From contig NC_087437.1 of the NCBI RefSeq assembly GCF_036321535.1, positions 95,606,001 through 95,670,000 of the forward strand: a stretch of 64,000 bases of DNA, in the 5' to 3' direction. Under the pieces are notes generated by a model. It did no database searches. It saw only the letters and a list, made by a program, of their open reading frames with translations, and had not been told where the DNA came from. Numbering within the stretch: position 1 is the first letter of the stretch; each line of letters opens with the position of its first letter. Below, in pieces: positions 1 to 10,179 of this stretch. The stretch is from Camelus dromedarius (Eukaryota). A program made the position numbers and the translations under genes.

Positions 1-2115
1 CATAGGGATGTAAAGCACATAGTCAAAACAAAATGTACATGGGGTTTTATTATGGTCTTGATGAATGAGCTTGTAGGTAAGGATGCTTATTGGAGGATTG
101 ACCATGACAAAATAAATTCATCAACTTTCTATACATATTGAAAATTCCATAATCTTGGCACTATCTTACTTAGAGTAATCTGCATAGATAATTTACCTTC
201 CCTTCTTATACTCCAGTACAGAACTGGATCAAAGTTATTTCCAACTTTACTCAACTTAAGGAAAAAAAAAATTTGTGTGAAACATGACTTGCTCAATTTT
301 TGTCAATTTCATTGTTCAACACCAGTGTTTACATTCATCTTTTTTCTCCCCATCAAGGTGGCCTCAAGTTAACGCTGGACTTTCAAGGATACTTAAAACC
401 TGGTGAGTTTGGTTATCATACTTCTTCTTATGCTGAAAGCAAGTTGGAAAGAAATTTGATTTTGCTGCTTCCTGTTAGAATGTTTCAAAATAGTCTGATG
501 TCAAATGGTAGAAATTGATTTTGATCGAGTTCTGGGCTCAGCTTGCCTTGGCATACTTTTACAGGGTTGTGTTCACTCTCATTCTAATCTTTCCGGTGAG
601 CAGACTGCTAAGGCATTATTCATGCATGTCATAGGGAGTTGGTAGTTCCATTTAGTTATTTACTGGCTTGGTTGCTTTTTTGTTGAAGCCTGAATAAAGT
701 GACAGGAATCTTTTTTATTCTAGATTGTTCTTGGCATAGCAAATGCAAAATATTCAGCTAAAATAAATACCCGTGAGAGTCATAAATGCCATTAAGGACT
801 TGGATTTAAAGGGAATGCTTAAGTTAGACTTGAATAAAGAGAAAAAGAGGATTTCATTTTTACAATTGCTGAAGTTGGCAGATGTAATTATTTTCTCAGA
901 TGCATTCTCTTTACTATCTGTAGGTTGTCAGTGCAGGAGGGGGAAGAGGAGGGAAGGGTTTAGTCCCCTTCTCACCCCCCATCATCCACCCCCTGTATCT
1001 AAAACCTACACATCAGTGAGAGGGCATGGGCTCCACTGGGGACCTTGGGAAGCACACAGAGCTCTAGAGATTTCCATCTCTACCCTTCCCTCCTCTCCTC
1101 TCCTTTCTCTTCCTCATAGTTGGTAAAATACATTTTACTGGATAGTTGTTCACTGGTTTCTTTTCTCTTCATGTGCTTTTAAAAAAGAGAAACAGAATAT
1201 TATTTTCCAGCAGGTGGTGACAGATTTTCAACAAGGCAATGTGCAAACTGACAAGATAGAAAAGTTTTTTTCTTTCTTTCTTTTCTTTTTGGCCTTCAGA
1301 ATCAAGACTTTGAGCCTTTTGTGAATATATTAGGTTAGCTGGCAGAACACTGTATCAAGGACGCCAAACCCCTGTAAAGACCTAGTCTATAACCTCTAAT
1401 CTTACAGACATGAACTCTATTATTTCCCATTAAAATTAGAGGTTACCAAATTGTAACAGATGTCCTTAATAGACACGTCTTTATTACTGGGGAACATTAG
1501 GTAAATGAAAATTGCACCCCGTATTTTAAGTTGCAGCTCATGAAAATACAAAGCTCTATGGCTGGATCTGGCATTTTAAGTCTAAATTATAGATGCCTTT
1601 ATACAATTTGCATTAATTGATGCATCAGCAATTTTTCTAAATCACAGCAAGTATGAAATAGTGAAAATTAAAAAAAAAATTGAATCCTAGTTACTCTAAG
1701 CAAAGTACAATATTTGACATCCCCCAATTCATAGAGACTATACAGTGCACTTCAATAGCAAGAATATTTTAATTAAATGCTAGGAGAATAGGGCTGAGGG
1801 TGGAAATCTTCCAATAAACCTATAATGAAGACAAGCTGAGGGATGAATAACTTGATAATAAAAGAGCTTTATGACTATGTGTTATTACAGATGTCTGAGT
1901 ATTTTAAAGTAGATTAAGATGATCTTTATGTATAGGACAGTTAAACTACAAACACACACAAAAAATGGACAAAAATAAGAGATTAAAAAAAAAAGTGCCA
2001 AAAGTGTCTTTGCTAAAGTCATTGAAATTAGATATCATGTCACCATGAAATTACTCCCCTTGACACACTTAATTAAATTTATAATATTCTATATTACTTG
2101 ATAAAACTCCAGAAT

Positions 2116-2599
2116 TGTAACTGAGCAGAACCCTATGGGGCCTACCCAGGACAGACCCCTCCCCCCATATCCTCTGCTTTAGCTCCTCTCTGAAGTACCC
2201 AGATAACAGTATCTGATGCACATTTCCTGAGTTGTTTTACAGATGCTAATGTGTAAGCAAGTGGAAGACCTTAACTACCTGATGACCATGAGCATATAGC
2301 ACCACCCACCTTACTGGAACCTAAGGACTGATCATGTTAACCCCTGTGACACTGTCCTGTTACCTCATCATCAGCCAGTTAGAGAATTGTGCATGAGCCC
2401 TGTGAACCCTGCTCTCACCTGGCCTTTAAAAATGCTTTCCTGAAATCCACAGGGAAGTTTGGGTGTCTTGAGAGTTAGCTGTCCTGGACTCCTTACTTGG
2501 CACCCTGTAATAAATGCTGTACTTTCCTTCACCACAACCTGGTCAGCAGATTGACATTACTGTGCATGAGTGAGCAGACCCAAGTTTGGTTCATTAACA
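2116..2599 (+). mobile_element. Solo LTR, ERV1-like (same family as 60498-60985)
   Basis: TG...CA termini (TGTAACTGAGCAG...GGTTCATTAACA), AATAAA at 2509-2514, imperfect 4-bp flanks GAAT/GTAT, end-to-end similarity to 60498-60985. Confidence 0.85.
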
Positions 2600-2879
2600 G
2601 TATCATGTTAGAAGTTGTAATTTCGCAGTTCAGTTTTCCTCTGTTTAACAAACTGCTTTAAAAAATAACTGAATGTAGAATTTATCATGGTGCCTCCTTA
2701 TAGGTGGATATAACATTTAAAGAGATGAAAAGTATTTAGTGCCTATGAACAAGAAGAAATGATTTTTAAATACATATTTTTTCTCACATTTATAACTCTT
2801 TGTGAAAGGAAAGCTACTATATTTCTGCTATTTTTCTATTAGTAATAGTATTTCTATGATATTTAATATAACCAGAAAG

Positions 2880-4790
2880 ACAGCATGTATAGATTTTTAA
2901 AAAGTTGCTTTCCCAATTCTAGAAGTGGCAATGGCAATTCTGGGTCAATCTGGAGAAAATGTGTGGACTACATATAAGTGGGAAAGTTTGACAGTAAAAC
3001 CACGCAGTAAAAACCACAGAAGGGTTTCCAGTCCAGCATGTAAAGAATTTGGAAATTGTCACTCTGTTCTAACAACAAGTAAAAAGCTGACCAAACTGAA
3101 AAATCAACTCTTCTTGGATGTGTCAGAGAAGTGATATCACAGGGCAAACCACTGTCCCCGTAATTGGAAAGGCAGACAGGCAAGGACAGAGAATCACAAC
3201 TTTCCAGAGGAGAAACTTCCATGAAAAGTGCCAGGGTAGGAAAACCTGAACTGTAATTGACAAATCATGGAGGCTCAGTGTAAACAAGTCTAGAGATAAA
3301 AACTCCAGGGGGAGCTTTGTCATCAGGGTAAAACTCACTTTTGTGAGATTTACCTCCAGGAGTCCTACCAGGTTCTCACAGTGGACAATAGAGAAAAATC
3401 CCCTTGTGCTTCCAGTAGGAGGAGGGGAAAAAGAACCATTTTGAAATATGTCAGAGCATTCTGTTCTTAACAAGGCGTGCACTCAAGAGAAACTATTTTA
3501 TCAGAGCCTAAACTACTGGGATTCTGTCGGAAGCTAACTGACCTGAGGAAAGGGAAATACTCAACACCAGCTCTCCTGAGCAATCCTGTTCCACCCAAGG
3601 GAGGGGGAACTGAGATGCATGAGGCACAGGCTGTCTATAGCACTGAGGTGAGACCTAATCACAGGACTACAGAGCACTTCCCCTCCCCCACGCTTTACGA
3701 CTACGTTACTACAGGTCAACTTACAGTAGTTCCTTTTACCCAGTGTATCATATCTGGTTGATATGAAAAATTTACAGGGCATATGAAAGGTAAAAAATAC
3801 AGCTTGAAGAGGCAGAGAAAACATCAGAATCAGACTCAGATATGGCAGGGATGTTGGAGTTAACAGACCAGGGATTTAAAACAACTATAATAATTGCTAA
3901 TGGCTCAAATGGATAAAGTAGACAACATACAAGAATAGATGAAAATGTAAGTAGAGACAAGGAAATTCTAAGAAAGAATGAAAAAGAAATACTACAGATA
4001 AAGAACCCTGTAACAGAAATTAAGAATGCCTTTGATAAACTCATTATTAGACTGACACAGCTGAGGAAAGATTCTCTGAGCTTCAATGTATGTCAATAGA
4101 AGCTTCCAGAAGAAAAGCATAGAGAAAAAAGACTGAAAAAAAAAACCAGAATATAATATCTCAGAACTGTAGGACAGATATAAAAGGGTAACATATACTG
4201 TGATGGATAATTTTATGGGTCAACTTGAGTGGATCATCAAGAGACCAGCTATTTGGCTTAACATTATTTCTGGATATGTCTATGAACATGTTCCTGGATG
4301 AAACTGGCATTTGAATCAGTAGACTGAATGAATCAGATTGCCCTCCGAGGGCCTGAACAGAACGAAATGTTGGTGGAAGGGAGAATTTCCTCTTTGTGCC
4401 TGACTGCTTGATCTGGGATGTAGTCCCTGGAATGAGAACTGAATCATCAGCTCCCCTGGTTCTTAGGTCTTCAGTCTCAGACTGAACTATACCATTGGCT
4501 TTCCTGGGTCTCCAGCTTATAGAGGGTAGATTGTGGAACTTCTCAGCCTCCATAATTGTGTGAGCCAATTTCTCAGAATAAATCTCTTTATCTATGTCTA
4601 TATCTGTATGTATATATATGTATATATTTAAGAGTGCCTCTGTGTGTGTGTGTGTGTATGTATGTGTGTATATATATATATAAAATTTGATCTGTTTTTC
4701 TGAGGAATCTTGACTAATACATATGCACAATGGAAATACCAGAAGGAGAAGAAAGAGAAAAAAGAAGAGAAGAAATATTTGAAATAACAT
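2880..4790 (+). mobile_element. Old L1M 5' UTR/ORF1 remnant, interrupted by an MLT2 LTR
   Basis: A-rich degenerate ORF1-like sequence (...ACAGAAATTAAGAATGCCTTTGATAAACTCATT..., ...GGAAATACCAGAAGGAGAAGAAAGAGA...) resumes after the MLT2. The left boundary is approximate. Confidence 0.7.
4199..4721 (+). mobile_element. MLT2 (ERVL) solo LTR with internal TA/TG microsatellite
   Basis: Starts TGTGATGGATAATTTTATGGGTCAACTTG, ends CTTGACTAATACA; 5-bp flanks TATAC/TATGC. Confidence 0.85.
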
Positions 4791-5119
4791 CCCTGGCTAT
4801 ACTTTTATACTTTTGTTTTTCAAATTCTCCTTTGAACCAGTCTTAATATCTTACTGGGTCCCTTGTTAATTAATGAGCTGAATAAAATTTTTGACACATT
4901 CATTTTATATTTGCATGAGAGTTACATTTTAAACTGTTTGAAAGATTTTTAAAGCATACTCAGTTTGGAAATGTAATTCCTGCCAAAACCTAGTATAATC
5001 TATGAAGCTCTGTTTGTTATGTCACAGTCCAAGGGTGAGTAAAGCTTTCCCTGTTATGTATAGGGAGCTGCAGCATCCATTTTTTCAAGTTCCTATTATA
5101 GGTAATAAACCAAAAGCGT

Positions 5120-5444
5120 AATGACAATAGCTAAGTTGTACTGAGTACTTACTGTGAACAGTCACATATTTTATATAATGTGTCTTATCGATCCTTTGCA
5201 CAATCCTATGAGGTGGTGCTAATTTTAGTCCCATTTTAGAGATAATAACTGTAATTGATTATGATAATGGTGATGATGATGGCGATAGCAAATAACATTC
5301 TGAGGTCTTATTTAATTTCCACAACAATCTCATTAGGTTGATACAATTACTTTTCCAGTTAACAGATGAGACAACTGAAGCATAGAGAGAATGAGTAACT
5401 TGTCTCTGGTCAGGCAGATGTGTGGTTCTGGAACCCATTCCTAG
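5120..5444 (-). mobile_element. MIR SINE fragments; the provirus inserted into the last one
   Basis: MIR core-like text (CACAATCCTATGAGG...CCCATTTTAGAGAT; ACAGATGAGACAACTGAAGCATAGAGAG). A short continuation follows 10653. Confidence 0.6.
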
Positions 5445-5895
5445 TGTTACGGAAACGACAGGCCAGTCAAGAAACAAGCACCACTCGGAGGATTGGAGTA
5501 CTCAGATGTATTACGCCGGCGGGCTCAGAGGGGCTTCTGCTCCGAAGCTCTGAGCACCTTCAAGATATGCACATGAGGTTTTATAGGGTAAAGTACAAGC
5601 TTGGGGTATTCGGCCAATAGGCATGGAACAGCTTTAGCAGCAGCATCATCACAAAAGTGGAGGCGGGGAGGCAGCAAACCAACATTCCAAAGCCAGATGT
5701 ATCTTTGAAAATCCAGCTGGCTAGCAAAAAAACATAAACAGCAAACCAACACTAATTAACCTAGATTTACAAGTTAGTCCAGCAGAACTCAGATCAGTAT
5801 TCCAATACTTAGACTTGTTAGCCCCGCCCAGCCTCTCCTTCACATTCCTAGACTTATGAGTTATCTTGTCAGACCAGCCCGGTTTTTCCTTCACA
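5445..5895 (-). mobile_element. 3' LTR of provirus
   Basis: Minus strand TGTGAAGG...CCGTAACA; near-identical to 10202-10652; preceded on the minus strand by the PPT. Confidence 0.97.
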
Positions 5896-5907
5896 TTCCC
5901 CCCTCTT
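5896..5907 (-). promoter_or_regulatory. Polypurine tract
   Basis: Minus strand AAGAGGGGGGAA directly abuts the TG of the 3' LTR. Confidence 0.95.
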
Positions 5908-5929
5908 GATGCTTTCACAGCTCTAGCTG

Positions 5930-6511
5930 GAGTAAGCATCATCACTTATCTGTTGCAGGGGCTCTTAATTGGAGGCTAACATCTGAAGTTCTATAGCCTC
6001 TATCCACTCACTGACAAAGCGGGTCAGGAAGTTTAGGACACAGGGCCGAAATAGCAGAACTGCAAAAATCAGGAGTAAGGGACCTATGAACGGTGCCAGC
6101 CAGGAGGTCCAGCCCCAGGGGCCTGTCCATGGGCTCTTATTTAAAATACGTTTTCTCTTTTACTTGGTCTTGTAACTCTTGAACCATCTCTCTGACAATT
6201 TCTGATTGACTGGCATAAAAACAGCACTCTTTGTTTTAGGAAGAGGCAAAGTCCCCCCTCTTTGGCCGTTAGTAAGGTACAGATCCCTCCTGTTTTGTAA
6301 GACCACCTCGGCCAGAGAGTCAATCTGATTTTGCAGAGTTCCCAGGGTTTCTGCTATTTGTTGGAGATCATGGCTGAATTCACCTGTAAGCTGAAAATAC
6401 AGGTTGGTACATGGGCCATTTGTCACACGGTTCCATGCAGGTGCATTGTACAACCAAGTAGAGTGAGGGCATTAGCGTCAGTAACATCAGCCTTATGATT
6501 ATCTTAGACAT
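5930..6511 (-). pseudogene. env: env remnant: signal peptide joined to TM with SU deleted; frameshifted
   Basis: MSKIIIRLMLLTLMPSLYLVVQC from the ATG at 6511. TM heptad/ISD LQNQIDSLAEVVLQNRRDLY/LLTAKEGGLCLFL/EECCFY is split across frames. A membrane anchor SWLAPFIGPLLLIFAVLLF follows. Confidence 0.93.
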
Positions 6512-6675
6512 GATGCTGCAGTGATGGCACTAATTATAACAAGATATAAAATAGCTATCAGGATTCTATGGCCTATGTTCCAGTCAGGTGGGGCGGCGCT
6601 TGCTAGCCCCACTGCTAATACGCAGACTAGTATAGCAAACAAGGAAAGAGGCAAGGGAGCACAAAAGAAATACAT
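6499..6675 (-). CDS. Intact 58-aa pre-env ORF with two hydrophobic segments (putative accessory membrane microprotein)
   Basis: Hand translation ATG(6675) to TAA(6499): MYFFCAPLPLSLFAILVCVLAVGLASAAPPDWNIGHRILIAILYLVIISAITAASCLR. It is shorter than any ORF in the track (minimum 60 aa). Confidence 0.55.
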   Translation of the reverse strand: MYFFCAPLPLSLFAILVCVLAVGLASAAPPDWNIGHRILIAILYLVIISAITAASCLR

Positions 6676-6698
6676 TTAACAGCTGCGTTGAGCTTTCC

Positions 6699-7192
6699 TC
6701 AAGCTTCGGCTGTGCGTTGACTAGCCAGCTTCCGGGTGTGGCTAGAGCAGGGCTTGTCGATCCTTTTCTGGTCCCTCTTGATCTTGATCTTGAGCAGGTC
6801 TCCCAGGACACTCTCAATTTTCCAGGGACCCTCTGTCTGAGGTGAAGTTGCTCTCTTAACCCTGGAGTGGTGGATCCAAGGGATGACTCCTGCAACTTTA
6901 ACAGCTGTAGGGGTAGTTAATACCACTAAATATGGTCCCTTACAGTGAATAACGGCATGTGTCACTCGATGGCCCCCTACTCGACAGGATTGTGTTTGGC
7001 AGAAATGGCGGGCAGTTGAGTCCCCAGTAGCCCCTATAATAGTCACCTTTTTCTTGGTCAGGGGGGCTACAGGTTGGGTCAAACCACAGAATACTCTGCT
7101 CCTGTGTCTACCATAAAAGTCATTGGTTGGCCCCCTATAAACATCTTGACCTTGGGCTCCCAGGGGCCCAGGGGCAGGGAGCCTGGTCTCTC
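6699..7192 (-). pseudogene. pol: pro-pol remnant: protease N-terminal part, RNase H sliver, integrase C-terminus
   Basis: Follows the gag TAG in frame. Protease active site FMVDTGAEYSV (~7085-7115), a +1 frameshift near 7082, then VTH|AVIHCKG|PYLVVLTTPTAVKVAGVIPWIHHSRVK. No RT motifs present. Confidence 0.93.
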
Positions 7193-8956
7193 CTATTCTG
7201 AGTCGACCACAGCCAGTCCGATGTGATTACTGGCTGGTGGCTCCAGCTGATAAGTAGGCCTTTTGAGGGGTGCTCTCTTTCCATCCTTTCTGTTTGGACA
7301 CTCGTTCTTCCAGTGTCCTGTCTCCCAGCAGTATGCGCACTGGTCTCGGCCCAGGGGCATCCATGCTTGGGGTCCCCTCTTCCGGGGTGGTGCAGGGTTC
7401 TGGCTGAAGCTTGTTTTCCTCAGGGCTGCTGCAAGGAGTGCGGCTTTCTGCTTCATTCGCTGGTCTGCTTCTCGTTGGGCTTCCCGCTCTCGGTTTACAA
7501 AAACTTTGTTTGCAACTTCCAGCAGCTGTGTAGCATTCATCCCTGCAAATCCATCCAGTTTTTTTTTGAGTTTCTGGCGTATATCTGGGCATGATTGGGC
7601 TATGAAGGCAGCATTGACCATCAGCTGGTTTTCCTGGGCCTCAGGATCAAAAGGAGTGTAGACTCGGAATGCATCACATATTCTCTCATAGAAGTCAGTG
7701 GGGGTTCCGTCTGGCCTCTGGGTCACCGTGGTCGTTTTAGACATGTTATTTGGCTTCTTGGCTCCTGCTCTTAGCCCTTGTAGGATGGCCTCCTGGTACT
7801 CACACAGCGCTTCTCTTCCTTCTTGGGTGTTAAAGTCCCAGTCTGGTCTGGTGTCTGGGGCATGTGTCATGGCCCATCCCTCAACATCCATTGTGTCCCC
7901 AGGGGCTCGGCCCTGCGGCCATTTTCGTGCTTCAGTGAGAATGCTTCTCCTCCCCTCCGTATTGAAAAGAGTCAGAAGCAGACATCTTCACAGGTGGGCC
8001 GGTGAGAATGGAAGATAGACTCTATGAGGTCAATCATAGCCTGCGGCTTGGCAGCCTGATTACAGTCGTCATATACCACAAAGTAGAAATCATCGTGGGC
8101 TGGACAGAGACCACATATTTGCATGACTTTGCAACAGAGCCCGAAGGCTGTCCCACCATCGCTTTGGGACTGGGCAGGGGCTGGCGCTCCCCGACAGTTG
8201 CCATGGAGGCGGCGGCCGAGGTGGAGGCGGCGCCAGGGCTGCAGGGGCTGCTGCTGCTGCTATTTGCTGGGCGGCTTTTCAGAGTAGGAAGGAGTATGAT
8301 GGCGCCAATTGAGAAGGGCTGTGGTGCTAAAGGGTTGGTAGCAGATTACGGGGTTCCTGGGCTGAACAGTCCTGTTTTCCCCAACTTGTTGTGGCCCTTG
8401 TGTCTCCCGCAGCGGCATTTGGAGGGCCGGTGGTGCTGGCTTCCTGGCTTGTGCTGAGCGGATTCTCCTTCCTACCGGCTCAGGCTGGGGGCTGGGCTCT
8501 GCCTCTGGGTCCTCAGAAGGGAGGTGTTGGTGCCCCGGGGGCATACGGAGGGGGTAGGCATATCTGTCTTCTGCGTCTCCCTGGAAAATAGGCTTTTTTC
8601 TGTCTGTCTTTTTGGCCTGGACTGGCTGGGCTGCTAGTATTTTGCATTGTCCAGGTCCATTTGAGCAGAACTGAATCCATGGGGGTAGAGTCTGGGCGAT
8701 GTTCAGCCAGGAGTCAGTGTAAGGGAATTGATCTGGGTGGCCTGGGGTTCCACTGATTATTTGATAGACTGCTCACACTGTTGCTAGGTCCAGAGTTCCT
8801 CCTGAGGGCCACCCAACTCCAAAGGCCAGCCATTCAAGCTCACACAAAGTGCGGAGCCTGCCAGGGGTCATTCGAATTCCAGTCTCCTGAGAACCCCTTT
8901 TTGAAATTCTTAATCATGCAGTCTAGAGTGGTGGGTTTCGACTTAGAGCCTCCCAC
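7193..8956 (-). pseudogene. gag: gag (HERV-E/ERV3-supergroup-like), disrupted
   Basis: GTG in place of ATG, then GGSKSKPTTLDCMIKNFKKGFSGD. Matrix MTPGRLRTLCELEW...GHPDQFPY, PPPY late domain (8543-8554), capsid YQPFSTTALLNWRHHTPSYSEKP, MHR QRPDGTPTDFYERI, zinc knuckle CAYCWETGHWKNEC, TAG stop at 7193-7195. Several frameshifts and stops. Confidence 0.96.
8043..8277 (-). pseudogene. ATXN7: Captured ATXN7 (ataxin-7) mRNA fragment inside gag
   Basis: Minus strand encodes a CAG run, PGAASTSAAASMATVGERQPLPSPKAMVGQ and GLCCKVMQICGLCPAHDDFYFVVYDDCNQAAKPQA. These match recalled ataxin-7 N-terminal segments PGAASTSAAAMATVGERRPLPSPEVMLGQ and GLCREDMPIFGFCPAHDDFYLVVCNDCNQVVKPQA. Confidence 0.92.
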
Positions 8957-9809
8957 TTTTTTTAGATGTTTGGGAAGGTAGTCTTTATATCTTTTCTTTC
9001 TTCACTCCTCAAAACACCGAGTTCCCAGAGAGACTGCTCTCTTGCTGGGTCTATGAGTTGTTTGAAGGCTAATTTGGTCAGGGAGTCTGGGTTCCAGTCA
9101 CAGCTGATGTCTCTGGAGCTCAAGGCCTCAAGCAGCTCCAGGGACTTTCTTCATTAAATCCTCTCTATATCCTGAACTAACGTATCAGGGGCGTGGGACT
9201 GACGGCAGATGGTAATACAAATGGACTAGAAAAGGGACCTCCAAGGCCAGGTAAGCCCGGTCCTGAAGGAATTCGTCTTCTAAACTCGAGTCCTGGGGGT
9301 CTGGGGCTAGGCAAAAGGGGCACTACTTGGGTCTGTTCTGTAGGGGAACACTAAGTCTCGGGTGTTCTGTGACAGAATCAGGTAGGAGACTTTTCAAAGA
9401 AATAGCATCCTAGCCTCCGAGGGCACAGGGGCGTTGACTCATTGGCTGTCTATGTCCTTTTCCCTCCCAGTGTAGCCACCCTGTGCCGGTGTCGCAGACA
9501 AGACAAGGGAGGGTTTTCGTTGTGCCCGCCTGGCTGCTCCCCTCGTGGGGACAAAGGTGCCTCTTAGCTTTGGCGGGTCAGTATAAGCCACTGACTCCGA
9601 TCAGGACCCTGAGGGACCGATACCGCCCTGAGCCGTATGAGGTCACCACAGAAAGGCAGGTTGGGACTCACTCGAACTCTGTAGCAGAATGCTGTGGAGC
9701 TACAAACTCGAGCCTATCGCATGCTTCACAGGCCGCTCATTCACTCACACACACACACACACACACAGAGGTTAACAACATTCTTCCCACCAATACCAAT
9801 ATCCTGTTT

Positions 9810-9958
9810 CCTGTAGGAGGGGATCCGCCTCCTCTTCTGTCCACTGGGACAGGACCTGATACCTGACCTGATTTCCCCGTCTGAAATACCATCAGACGGA
9901 GAGCCTGTAGGAGGGGATCAGCCTCCTCTTCTGTCCAGTGGGACAGGACCTGATACCT
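9810..9958. repeat. 55-bp direct repeat in the proviral leader (9810-9864 and 9904-9958)
   Basis: CCTGTAGGAGGGGATC(C/A)GCCTCCTCTTCTGTCCA(C/G)TGGGACAGGACCTGATACCT occurs twice with 2 mismatches. Confidence 0.93.
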
Positions 9959-10179
9959 CCTGGGGGTACCTACCTTGTCCGGACGGCCACCTGGTGAGTC
10001 TGTTCGTCCCTCCATGGAGTCTGGATCTGGTTGTAGCCCAGCCACCTGGGGGCCGAGTTGCCGTCAGGAAAGAGAACCCGAAATACCGTCGGGCGGCGCC
10101 ACCTCTTTCGCTGCCGGAATCCCGTCCCCCGGTCGGCTGGAGCCACCAGTCCAGCAGCTCAAGGGGCCGGCGTGGTTGT

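Noticed and set aside
4161..4790. 209-aa minus-strand ORF
   Set aside because: Runs through an MLT2 LTR, a microsatellite and antisense L1; not a gene.
5420..5945. Duplicated ORFs at 5420-5945 and 9994-10666
   Set aside because: They result from the LTR duplication and show no protein-like features.
7223..8018. Several overlapping plus-strand and alternate-frame ORFs
   Set aside because: Antisense or off-frame products of gag.
8043..8277. GCGGCTT duplication as the TSD of an L1-mediated retrocopy inserted into the provirus
   Set aside because: No poly(A) tail, the fragment comes from the 5' coding part of the mRNA, the site is not an L1 endonuclease TTTT/A site, and the repeat coincides with gag/ATXN7 shared codons. 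Template switching fits better, though sister copies are needed to exclude it fully.
8002..8457. 151-aa plus-strand ORF spanning the ATXN7 insert
   Set aside because: Antisense shadow of GC-rich gag/ATXN7 sequence; the poly-Leu is just the reverse of the CAG run. No independent support.
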